From Felis catus (lineage: Eukaryota): DNA of 64,000 nt. Positions 50,311 to 61,769 of the stretch are shown here, one piece after another. Location of the stretch: contig NC_058368.1 in assembly GCF_018350175.1 (NCBI RefSeq), positions 175,834,001 through 175,898,000 of the forward strand. Reading direction: 5' to 3'. How positions within the stretch are numbered: position 1 is the stretch's first letter; every line of letters starts with the position of its first letter. The notes under the pieces are model-generated. The model did no database searches. It was given only the letters and a program-made list of their open reading frames with translations, and had not been told where the DNA came from. The position numbers and the translations under genes are program-made.

Positions 50311-51013
50311 AAATGCTGCTCTGGTCCAGCCTAAAAGAAATTGAAAAGCAAGACCTTAAAGTATCAAACTGTGTCCAAGCAACTTAACCTCATTGCAGAA
50401 TAAAGCTCCAAAATATGTATAGTAATATAAAAACACCCAGCAACCAAGAAGGTAAAATTTGTGTTTTCCATCCGATCAATTACCAGGCATTCAAAGGAAG
50501 AGAAAAATGTGGCGCATAGGGAATAGAGAAATAAACTGAAAATGACCCAGAGATGTTATAGGTGTTAGAATTAGCAGAAGAGAACATATCAACAGTTATA
50601 ATAACTGTATTCCTTATAAGTTCAAAAGCTAAAGGCAACACGAACATGTTGAGAAGAAACAGGGAAGATAAAAGTGAACAAATCAAACATCTAGAGATAA
50701 AAACTACAATATCTGAGATGAAAAATACACTGTATGGGATTAATGACAGATTAGACACTGAAGAAAAGATTGGTGAACTTGAAAACATAGCAACAGAAAA
50801 TATTCAAAGTAAAACACAGAAAAAAAATACATGAAAAATGAAGAATATTTTCTAGTTATGTGACAACTTCAAACAGACTAATATATGTGTAATTCGAACT
50901 CCAAAGGAGGGGAATGAAGACAGAAAAAATATTTGAGGAAATAATGGTAAAATACTGTCAAAATGTGATGAAAAATAGAAATCTCAACTAAATCTCAAAA
51001 AAAAAAAAAAATA

Positions 51014-51207
51014 GGGGCACCTGGGTGGCTCATTCGGTTAAGCATATGACTTCGGCTCAAGTCATGATCTCACAGTTCATGGGTTCGAGCCCCACATCTG
51101 GCTCTCTGCTGTCAGCATGGCTTCAGATCCTCTGTCTCTTTCTCTCCATGCCCTTCCCCCCACTCATGCTCCCTCTCTCAAAAAAAAAAAAAAAACATTA
51201 AAAAAAT
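51014..51207 (+). mobile_element. CAN-SINE within L1
   Basis: GGGGCACCTGGGTGGCTCA head, CT tract and A tail. Confidence 0.9.
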
Positions 51208-51400
51208 TATGAAGAAACCCACTTCAAAATACATCATAACCCATTGCCCAAAACGAACAATAAAGAACAACATCTTAAAGATGAGAAAAACAGATACATT
51301 ATATAAGGAGGAACAAAGGTAAAGGTAACAACACATTTCTCATCAAAACTTATGCAAGCTAGAAGGTAGGGGAGCAACATCTTTCAAGTACTGAGAGGGA

Positions 51401-51613
51401 GGGGCACTTGGGTGGCTCCGTCGGTTGAGCGTCCGACTTCGGCTCCGGTCATGATCTCACAGTTCATGGGTTTGAGCCCCACATCGGGCTCTGTGCTGAC
51501 AGCTCAGAGGCTGTAACCTGCTTGGGACTCTGTGTCTCCCTCTGTCTCTGCCTCTCCCCAACCTGTGCTCTGTCTCTCTGTCTCTCTCAAAAGTAAATAA
51601 ACATTTTTTAAAA
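51401..51613 (+). mobile_element. CAN-SINE within L1
   Basis: Full length; flanking duplication AAGTA(C/A)TGAGAGGGA. Confidence 0.93.
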
Positions 51614-52009
51614 ATCTTCTTTCAAAGTAATGAGAGGGAGAAAAAAAAACCCTGTCAACCTAAAATTCTATACTATATTCTAGGTGAAAAAATAAAGACT
51701 TCATAGAAAAACTGAAAAAAACATTACCACCAGAAGATCTGCACTACAAGAAAAGTTAAAGGAACTATTTCAAACAGAAGGAAACCAATAACAGACGGGA
51801 ATACAGATTTATGAAAGAAACAAAAAACACTGGAAATGCTAACTATGTGGATAAACATACGTTTTTTCTTAACACTTAATGTCTTTTAATTGATTATTTA
51901 AACTGAAATGATAACATGGTATTGGTAGGTTTATAACATATATACAAAGTGACAACAACAGGATAAAAGTTGGAGAGGAGAAATGGAAATATACTATGGT
52001 GAGATTCTT

Positions 52010-52365
52010 TTTTTTTTTTACTTTTGTAATGTTTATTTTATTTTTTTTAATTTTTTTTTAAGTTTATTTATTTTTGAGACAGAGAGAGACAGAGCATGAA
52101 CGGGGGAGGGTCAGAGAGAGAGGGAGACACAGAATCGGAAGCAGGCTCCAGGCTCTGAGCCATCAGCCCAGAGCCCGACGCGGGGCTCGAACTCCCGGAC
52201 CGCGAGATCGTGACCTGAGCCGAAGTCGGACGCTCAACCGACTGAGCCACCCAGGCGCCCCTGTAATGTTTATTTTTGAGAGAGACAGAGTGTGTGAGCA
52301 CGAGTGGTGGTGGGGGGGGGGGGGCAGAGAGAGTGGGGGGGGGCACTGAGCTACTCAGGCACCCC
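52010..52365 (-). mobile_element. Internally deleted CAN-SINE hosting a nested SINE
   Basis: TSD ACTATGGTGAG(A/G)TTCTT at 51993 and 52366; only the first ~20 nt of the head and the 3' tract remain. Confidence 0.8.
52040..52261 (-). mobile_element. CpG-rich feline CAN-SINE (nested)
   Basis: Perfect 15-bp TSD TGTAATGTTTATTTT at 52025 and 52262. Confidence 0.96.
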
Positions 52366-54298
52366 ACTATGGTGAGGTTCTTATACTAACACCAAGTAAC
52401 ATAATATTGCTAGAAAACAGACTGTGATAAGATACACCTGAATACTATTGAGCCTAAAGCAACCACAAAAAAACAAGAACAACAAAAAAAGAATTACAGC
52501 TAACAGTAAACAAAGGAGATAAAGTGAATAATAAAAATACTCAATCCACAGGAAATCAGAAGCAGAGGAAAAAACTGAACAAAGAACACATGGGAGACAA
52601 GAAAACAAACAGCAAGAGGGTAGGTTTATACTTAACCATATCAACAATCATATTAAATGGAAACAATAAAAAAATATCTCCCATTAAAAGGCAGAAATTG
52701 TCAGGATAAAAAAAAAAACAAAAAAGCAAGAAAACCATGTACTGTCCACAAGGAAGCCACTTTCAGTATAATATAAAGACACAAATAAGTTAAAAATGAA
52801 TGGATAGAAAACATTGTACAATGCTAAAATTAAGTTTTTAAAAGCTGCAGTGGTTATATTAATATTGGACAAAGTAGATTTCAGAACAAAGAATAATACC
52901 AGGGAAAATAAACTCATTTCATAATGACAATGTGGTCGATTTATTTTTAAAAAGCCTAATATGAAATATTTATGCATCTAACAACAGAGCTGCAAAAATA
53001 CGTAAAGTAAAAACTGTCAGAACTGAAAGGAAGAATAAAAAAACCCACAACTATAGTTGCAGATAGTTGGAGATTTCGATATTCCTTCTTAATAATTGAT
53101 GGAACAAGTATATGGAAAATCAGTACAGATACAGAAAATTAGAGGTCTAATCTGATCTAATCTGATCTAACAGACATCTAAAGGGCACTCTATTCAACAA
53201 CAGGAGAATATGCATTCTCTTTGAGCGCACACAGATAGATCCTACTCTTGGCCATGAACCAAGCCTTAATGAACTTAAAAAAATTCAAGCCTTATAAAAT
53301 ATGTTCTCTGACAGGAATGGGATTAAATTAGAAATCAATAACCAAATACTTGGAAACCAAATGATACTCTCCTAGTCAACCCATGAGCTAAGGAATAAAT
53401 CAACAGGAAAACTATAAAGCATTTGAACTGAGAGAAAATACAACATGCCACAATTTGTAGGATGCAAGTAAAGCACCAAATGCTTAAGAAGAAATGTCTC
53501 AAATCAATGATACCAGTTTCCATTTTAAGAAACTAGAAAATAAAAAAGAGTAAATGACATCCAAAGTAAACAGAAGAAATAAAATAATGAAGTACCTAAA
53601 CAAATGAAATAGAAAACAGGAAAAAAACAACAGAATAAAATCAATGAAGCCAGCAGATTTCTCTGTCCTTGAGAAGACAAAAATAAAAATGAGTATCTAG
53701 CTAGACTCATCAGGAAAAAAATAAGACAGAAAATACAAATTACCAATATTAGGAATGAGGGGTGGCATTAGTACAGATTCTACAGATAGTAAAGAGATTA
53801 ATAAAAGGATGTTTTGAACAATGTCGTATCAATACTTTCTACAATTTACAAAAAAAAATGGACAAATTCATTGAAGGACATTGACTACTAAAACTTATTT
53901 AAGAAAAAATATATACCCTACATCTAATTTTAAAAAGTGAATTCCTAGTTTAAAACTTTCATGTAAACAAGCTCTAGCCCCAGGTAGTTTCATAACGAGC
54001 TCTACCAACATTTAAGGAAGAATTGATATCAAGATTCTACATAACCTCTCCTAAAAGGTTGTAAAATGAGGGAATACTTTCCAACTCAAATATGAGGCCA
54101 CACCGATACCAAAACCAGACAGAGACATTACAAGAAAAGGAAACTAGAGATCAGTATGTCTCATGAGTATAAATAAACTAACCCTCATTAAAATGTTTAA
54201 AAGAATCCATGTAATTCAGCATATTAGCAAAATAAAGAAAATCCATATAATCACCTCAATAGATACAGAAATAGTATTTAAAAAAAAAAAAAAAAACT

Positions 54299-54516
54299 GG
54301 GGCATCTGGGTGGCTCCTCGGTTAAGCATCTATCTGACTTTGGCTCAGGTCATGATCTCACAAGTCAGGGGTTTGAGCCCTGCTTTGGGCGCTGTGCTGA
54401 CAGCTCAGAGCCTGGAGCCTGCTTCGGATTCTGGTCTCCCTCGATCTCTGCCCCTCCCCTGCTCACACTCTGTCTCTCTCTCAAAAAATAAATAAACATT
54501 AAAAAAATTTTTTTTT
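54299..54516 (+). mobile_element. CAN-SINE within L1
   Basis: Full-length head, CT tract and tail. Confidence 0.92.
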
Positions 54517-54704
54517 AACCAACCAATATCCATTCTTGTCAAAATCTCAGAAAAGCCCCCCCCCCTCAAAACAACACCCAACAACAAAAAAACAAAACAA
54601 ACAAACAAAAAAACCTTTCTCAAACTCTACAGCTAATATCAAACTTAATAGTGAAAGACTAAATACATTCCCCTTAATTAAGATCAGGAATAAGTCAAGA
54701 ATGT

Positions 54705-54756
54705 TCACTCTCATGACTTCTTTTTTTTTTTTTTTTTTCTCACTCTCATGACTTCT
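54705..54756 (-). mobile_element. Poly(A)-only retro-insertion with TSD
   Basis: TCACTCTCATGACTTCT (54705-54721), T run to 54738, C, TCACTCTCATGACTTCT (54740-54756). Confidence 0.75.
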
Positions 54757-54900
54757 ATTTAATTTTGTATTAGGGGTTTTCTATCCAGGGCAATAAGGCA
54801 AGAAAAAGAAACAGAAGGCATCATGTCAGAAAGGAAAAAGCTAAACTCTTTATTTGCAAACATCTATCCAGAGAATATAATGAGATCTACTAAAAAAAAA

Positions 54901-55126
54901 TTTTTTTTTTAATTTTTTTTTTCAACATTTATTTATTTTTGGGACAGAGAGAGACAGAGCATGAACGGGGAAGGGGCAGAGAGAGAGGGAGACACAGAAT
55001 CGGAAACAGGCTCCAGGCTCTGAGCCATCAGCCCAGAGCCTGACTCGGGGCTCGAACTCCCGGACCGCGAGATCGTGACCTGGCTGAAGTCGGACGCTTA
55101 ACCGACTGCGCCACCCAGGCGCCCCC
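54901..55126 (-). mobile_element. Young feline CAN-SINE within L1
   Basis: CAGCCAGGTCACGATC subtype; A8-T-run flanks on both sides. Confidence 0.95.
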
Positions 55127-56714
55127 CAAAAAAAATTTTTTTTTAATATATACTAAGTTAGCAAGGGTACAGATCAATATCCAAAAATTAATTATATTTG
55201 ATATACTAGCCATAAACCATCAGAAATTGAAATGTTAAAAATACACTTACATTAGCATAAAATATTAAATCTTTGGAGCTGAATCTGAAAAAGGGGATTT
55301 ATATTGAAAATTAAAAATCTCTAGTGAGAGAGATATAATATGCTTATGAATTACAAGACTCAATATTATTAAGGTGCCAATTTTCTCTCAAATTGTTTTC
55401 CAGATTCATTGAAATCCTAAGTAAAGTCCCAACAATCCTTGAAGAATTAACAAGCTGATTCTAAAATTAATATTTAAATGTGAATGATCTGGAATAGCCA
55501 AAACAACTTTCAAACGGAAGGATACATTTGGAGGACTAAACACTGCTTTATTTCAAGAATAAGTAAGACAGTGTGGTATTGTCACAAAAACCGACCAACA
55601 GATCAAACCCACGCCCACACAGACAACTGACTTTCAACAGAGATGTAAGAGCAAATGAGTGCATAAGCCTTTGTGACCCTGCATTAGGCAGAGACTTTTT
55701 AGACACAGCAAAAGCATGACGCATAAATGAAAAAATTGGTAGGCTGAACTTCATTGGAATTTGAAACTTTTGCTCTTAACAAGACACGGCTAAGAAAATG
55801 AAAAAGACAAGCCACAGGCTAAAAGCACACATGTAGAGCTGGTACATTCCATCTCTGGTAAATAGAGTCCTCACTCTATGTCCAGTCAAGTCCTGTCCAG
55901 CTTTAGAATCTTAGATTCTAAGGTCCTTGATCTAAGAGGCTGGCTCCTTGGATTTCTAAAAGCAGCAGAATCCAGGCGAGGGGAGAAGCCCAAAGCTGGG
56001 AATTAAGGGCATCTGCTTACAACAAGCATTCCCAGTATCAGAGCTGCTGGAGGGAGGGGGATGGGTCCCATCCACAGAAACACACTCTCCGTAGCCCAAG
56101 GTGATGTTCCAGTTCTCACTTAGAATGCTTTTGTACTTTTGCCTCGTGGCCGGTAACTCAGGACGGTGCAATTCTTGATCTCCAGCACTGTGGGTTGCCA
56201 CTGACATTTGTCTCCTAAGGTTTGAGTGAGTTCTACCAGATCACTGTGGAGACAACTTAGAGTTTGGCCCTGGGTCAGTCTGCCTCTCTCATTCACTCCT
56301 TCTCTCTCTTTTGAAAAGCACCAGTATGGAAGACTTCCCGCCCCTAAGCATTTGGTGTTAGGGGTGCTCAAGATATTTATTTTCCTCTTCCTCCTGAAAA
56401 GTCCAGTTACGACTGCTCAGAGCAAGTCCAAGGTTACCTCAAGTTGGAGGTTTAGCACAGCATTTGATAAGACCTCTTCCCTATGTCTGGAAAAACCGGC
56501 ACCACTTAATTAACTGGCCCAAGTTAAATCGGATGTAACCAGAGGCTGATGACAGAAAGAATGAAATCCTCTTACCTGGAGAGAAATGCCCTTTAGCTTT
56601 GAGCAATAGGGTGTAGATAAAGAAAGAGTATTAGGGAGATAAGTAAAAGTGAGGAGAAACCTTGGGGGAGGAGCCAATTCACATCTCAGCTTCCTGAAAA
56701 TCTGAGTGGACATC

Positions 56715-57250
56715 AGTTGTTAGCTGTTGATCCATTTCTTGTTTGTAGTAAAAGAGGTCCCCTCCCCCACCCACCTCCAATTTCCTTAAGGAAACCACCC
56801 CTCCCACTTCGAGTTTGTTTAGTCAATCTCACCCTCCCGCTCCAGCAAATCAATGAAGCCTTAATTGGCTATAGTCATTAGCCAAGGGAGGAGCAGATGA
56901 CCCAGCCTAGACAAAGGAGACCTAAAACACCCCCTGCTGGGACTTCTGGGGGTGGGGAGGGGTTGGGGGGAGTTTTCTCATTTCAAAGAAGGATGCTTCT
57001 CGCAACTTGGATATAGCAAAAAAGCATGTATGTCTCAGAAACTGTCTTCCAACCAAAAGGACAATTTTAGCTACAGGTTAATGACTCAGGGATAAATAAA
57101 TAAACTGGAACATTGGTTTGAGATGCTCGATCAAGCCATACCTGAAATAAGACCTACCTCTGGACTAATTAGTAATGTGAACAATAAACTCCTTTTATTG
57201 TTTAAGCCATTTTGAGTTAGTTTCTATCAACTGTTACTGAAATATTCACA
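56715..57250. mobile_element. MaLR LTR (MLT1H/J-like)
   Basis: GATCAAGCCATACCTGAA...ATGTGAACAATAAACTCCTTTTATTGTTTAAGCCATTTTGAGTTAGTTTCT. Confidence 0.7.
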
Positions 57251-58319
57251 AAAGACATACACCCAAGAAAGACACTTTTCTGCTAGCGTCTTTACAAGTA
57301 ACCCTATAACCAGTCTTTAATAATAAGGGACAATGGGGGCAGTCAGAGGCAGGAGATTCAGCATCAGGTCTATTCTGGCCACTTATCCTGAACTCAACCA
57401 TAATAACAGTAACAGCAACAACTACAATGGACTCCTCATTAGCCATAGCCCGGGCTAGCTGCCACACATAATACATCGTAATCTTTACAAAGAGGAAGAC
57501 AGAGACTACATTTCTTATTTTAGTGATGAGGACAACTGAAGTTCATGGAGATAAAAATAACTTGCCCAAGGCCACAGAGTTAGTAAGCTACGTTTTCTTC
57601 ATTGCACACAAGTGATCGATTTCATTATTCCAGCTCTCCCCCACCTAACTGAAAGCGCCATCAGGCTAGAACCTTTGTCTTTTTCACCGCTGGATCCCGG
57701 ATGCCCAGAACAGTTGCTGCACAGAATAAGCCCTCAGTGAAGAGTAGCTGAGTATAAAATAAGCAAGATTCAAACCCAGGTCTGGATCCAGAGCCGACTT
57801 TTTCCATAGCTCCAGACTGCCTCTCGTTATCCCCTTTAATGATGACGAGTGAGCCTCTCACATACTTAAGAACAACCCTGTCTCCTCTGATCTAGTGGCA
57901 TGGCTTAAGTAACTGGCCTTGCTTCATGAGCCCTGTCATGTAATCCCTTGACCGTGGAACTCCTCTAAGAATCTCACGATACATGCTGGTGGTACCATGT
58001 GCAAAGAGAAGACACCTACTTGGTGGAAGACACAGAGATGAACTCTCTGCAGACATTACCTCATTCAGTCCCACCGCACACATGTAAGGGGGGGAGCAAA
58101 ACCCCTATCTTGGCAAATTGGGGCCCAGGGGCCCTGAGAGATTATATGCTTTGAAGGTCACAAACAGATTGAGGATTGTCTGACTCTAAAGTTTTTCACA
58201 TATTTCTTTAAAAGCCACACACTACAAACCATTTAATTGTTCTCGTGAATGCACGAAACTTGGCGCTAAATTTGGGGGTTTTAGTCAGAACATGTCGAAA
58301 ATACTGCAAAACGGACACT

Positions 58320-58450
58320 GGGTCATTCATCATCATTTCAACATACACTTCTGAGCACCTACTATGTGCCAGGTACTATGCTAAGCAGTGGGGACGGAGT
58401 GTTAAATGAAATGGTCCCTGTCCCTTCTTTCACGGTTCAGTCTAGTATCG
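58320..58450 (-). mobile_element. L2 3' end
   Basis: TCATTCATCA...CTGAGCACCTACTATGTGCCAGGTACTATGCTAAGC. Confidence 0.8.
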
Positions 58451-58534
58451 GCTGAGAATTCCCTTTCTTGGGGTTGGGCCCATTGCACACTTGGTGTATT
58501 CGTTACAGTTGACTAAAGTACTCCAACAAATAGA

Positions 58535-59260
58535 GCTTGCATTGCCAGGGTAGGCTAACCGCATTGGAAACAACTTCAAGTATCAGGGACTAAAAGAACT
58601 AAAAATGGATTAACCTCTTATACAAAGTCTGATGGCCATACCCTTGGGTGGCTCTTCTCCAAACGCTCATCCAGGAACCCAGACTCCTTTAATACCGTGG
58701 CTCTGCCACCTTGTGGCTTCAAAGTTGCCCTGGTATCAGCTAGCTAGAAAACGGATGGTTTTACATGGGAGATTTTTGTGGCCTAGGCTTGGAGGTAGCA
58801 TATATCCTTTTCCATACAGTCTACTGGACAGAACTGAGCCATGTGACCCCAATAACTGCAAGGAAGACGAGGAAATGGAGAAAAACTTATGGAACTTAGT
58901 GCCCACCAAGAATCTCTTTCATAGACTCGAAAAAGAGGGTGGGATTTCTGAAGAATTCTAAAACTCCAAACATTCCAAATTTCTGCCCTGGAAAATAGAA
59001 TGTAATCCTTTTTGTGTAGCAGTCCAAGGTGGGGAAACAAGTCAGCCACACTTGTACTCCACGCTGTCATTCAGGGACTCAGGTTGGTGTCAGTTCCGCC
59101 ATATTGAAAAAGCCTCTGAAGAGATTTTAAGGGCCAGACCTGCAAGTTTCACTCAATACTTCCACCCATATTTCACTGGTTAGAACTCAGTCATATGACC
59201 ATACGTGAAGGATGAAGGGAAGGTGAGGAATGTAGTCTATATGCCAGGCAGAAGGGACAA
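58535..59260. mobile_element. MaLR LTR remnants (MLT1L-like, two pieces)
   Basis: CTCATCCAGGAACCCAGACTCC...CTGGACAGAACTGAGCCATGTGACC; TCATTCAGGGACTCAGG...TTAGAACTCAGTCATATGACC. Confidence 0.6.
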
Positions 59261-60224
59261 ATGGATTTTTCTAGATTGCGAGAAAATTCTATCCCACCCA
59301 GAGTTTTAACTGGACCTGCCGAACACCAGTTACTTCTCCTCTCTTCCACTGATACTCCTCCCTAATCTTCTCCTCTGTGGCTTGACATGTGTGCATCTAG
59401 CTATGTCTCCAAAGTGACGTCTCACAGTTTCCTAATTCTGGCCTCTAAGACCAAGTCCTTCCTTTCAACAAGGAGGTAATTTGAAAAATTATCGAATGTA
59501 CTCTCAATAGGAAACCCCATGTTCTTCGCTAATTCATTCATCTGGTGATAATGAACCTAGACTTTATTGATTCTCCCCTAGAGGAGGGCAAGGCCCTGTC
59601 TGTTTTGTTCAGAAGTCTACTGCCTGAGCATAGAACAGCATGCTTGGCATACTGTAGGTTACCCAGTAAACATCTGTTGAATGAATGTATGAATTTTCCT
59701 TCATCTTAACATCTGAATAGGGAGTTCATATTTGATGTTGAAAAAAAATCTTCCCTGGTTCAAACATGATCCTACCTCCCCAATCCCTGGGAGGGCATCC
59801 CTGGCCACAAGCCACACCTTTTCCTGATGCTGACTAACTCATTCACTCAGCTCCCACTTCTTTTCCACCCTCAGCAAACTTTGAAGAAGCCACATACATC
59901 ATAAGGAAGCCCTTTTTGTCCCCCCTTCTTTTTTCAGTATTGCCGTTCTGTAGAAACCGGAGCAAAGGTGACTTCAGAGTCTGCCTAACCCTTATTTCCA
60001 GTTGTTGTCATCATTGGCTGTCAGTATGGAATCTGCCACGGCTGAGAACCCTGAATGAATGAACCCTGAACTGAGCAGAAAAAGATGTGTCCGAGTTCCA
60101 GCTAAGCCGCTTAATGGCTATGTGGTTTCTATAAATCACCTCAAGGCTCTGAGCTTCAGCTTTCTCTTTAGTAAGCAGATAACAATATTCACCCGCTCAA
60201 CTTTGCAGGATTGTTGTAAAAATG

Positions 60225-61700
60225 CATTTCATTCATTTATTCTATCACTATTTACTGGTAGCCTACTGTATACCAGAACTTGACCTCGGTTCTGGAGACA
60301 CATCAGTGAATAAAACAAACTTCCTGTGTCTCAGAGTTTATGGTTGGAGGAAACAGACTGTAAATAAATTTTGAAAAATGAATACATAATATTTCAGGTG
60401 GTGGTGAGAGCTATGGAGAAAAATGGTACACGGTAAAAAAAGATGAAGACTCCTTTAATATTTTACATAATATGGTCCAGAGAAGGGTATTGGAACAGAG
60501 ACCTGAAGGAAGTGAGTGAGCCATAAAAAGATGAGGGAGCAGGAGGTACAGCATGTGAAAAGGCCCTGAGGTGACCTCAAGGTATTTATGAGCAATGGCA
60601 GGGAGGTCAGACTGGCTGGAACAGAATGAACGAAAGAAGGGTGGTAGATGACAAGATCAATAAAGTGACATGGAACTAAATTAATCAGAGCTCTATAGGC
60701 CTTGGCAGAGATTTTGGCTTTTACTCTGAAAAAGATAGGAAGCCATTGTTGTCTTGAACAAAGAAGTGATGCAATGTGACATAAGCTTGATAAAGACCAT
60801 TTCAGCAGCTATGCGAGTAGGCTTCATGCAAGCTACACTGGAAACAAGGAGAGCAGGCAGGAGGCTACTGCAATAAAACAGGTGAGAGCTGACGCAGGCT
60901 TGGACCAAGCCAACAGCAGAGGAGGTGGTGGAAAGTGGTCACATTATGGGTATATTTTGAAGGTAACATCAACAAGCCTTCCTGATGGATTAGATGTCAA
61001 GTAAAAGAGAACAGAGAGGAGTTAAAAATGATCTTAAGTGTTTGACCTAAGAGGTAATTAAATGGGGGGAGGGGGGTGGACGGAGTGCCTGGGTGGCTCA
61101 GTTGGTTGAGCGTCTGACTTCAGCTCAGGTCATGATCTCGCAGCTCGTGATTTCGAGCCCCGTGTTGGGCTCTGTGCTGACAGCTCAGAGCCTGGAGTCT
61201 GCTTCAGATTCTGTGTCTCCCTCTCTCTCTGCCCCTAACTCACTCGCATTCTGTCTCTGTCTCTCTCAAAAATAAATAAACATTAAATTTTTTTTTTAAA
61301 AAAGAAGTAATTAAATGGGGTTGCTACTTACTGAGAAGAGGAAAACTGCAGAAAACACAATATGGAACCTCTCACTATGTTAGGACCTCAATCTTGGAAA
61401 CATTCATTTTGAGATGCCTAGTAGACATCCAGATGATAATGTACGACATTGGATGTATGTATTTGGAGTTCCGGGGTAGAGGTATAAGTCTGGGAGTTGG
61501 CAGTCTATATAAAGCCTTGAGAATGGATAGGGTCACCTAAGGAATGAGTAGAGAAGAATTGATTCTGAGGACGGGGCAAGAGGAACTCCGATATTTAGAA
61601 GTTTGGGAAAAGAGAGATGCATGGCAAAGAGAAACAAAAATAAGAAGTAATTAATGAATGAGGTAGAAAGAGGAATGAGAGAGAGGAGTAAAGAAAGAAG
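60225..61700 (-). mobile_element. L2 LINE, about 1.2 kb, interrupted by a SINE
   Basis: CATTTCATTCATTTATTC tail; AAAGGCCCTGAGG; GATTTTGGCTTTTACTCTGA; TTTGAGATGCCTAGTAGACATCCAG. Confidence 0.85.
61082..61301 (+). mobile_element. CAN-SINE (feline SINEC)
   Basis: 19-bp TSD AAGA(G/A)GTAATTAAATGGGG at 61049 and 61302. Confidence 0.94.
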
Positions 61701-61769
61701 GTCAGGAAGTAGGGGCTAGCATAAATTTCTATTTATGATCCAGTAGATTGGCTAAGTAACCTGAGAGTA

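Larger units (their letters stand above)
49508..55825 (+). mobile_element. Long degenerate L1M-type element (5'UTR, ORF1, ORF2 remnants) with multiple SINE insertions
   Basis: ORF 50562-50834 ORF1p-like (LEIKTTISEMKNTLYGINDRLDTEEKIGELEN); endonuclease/RT-region hallmarks such as GACAAAGTAGATTTCAGAACAAAG and CAAGCTGATTCTAAAATT; strong A-skew. Confidence 0.85.
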
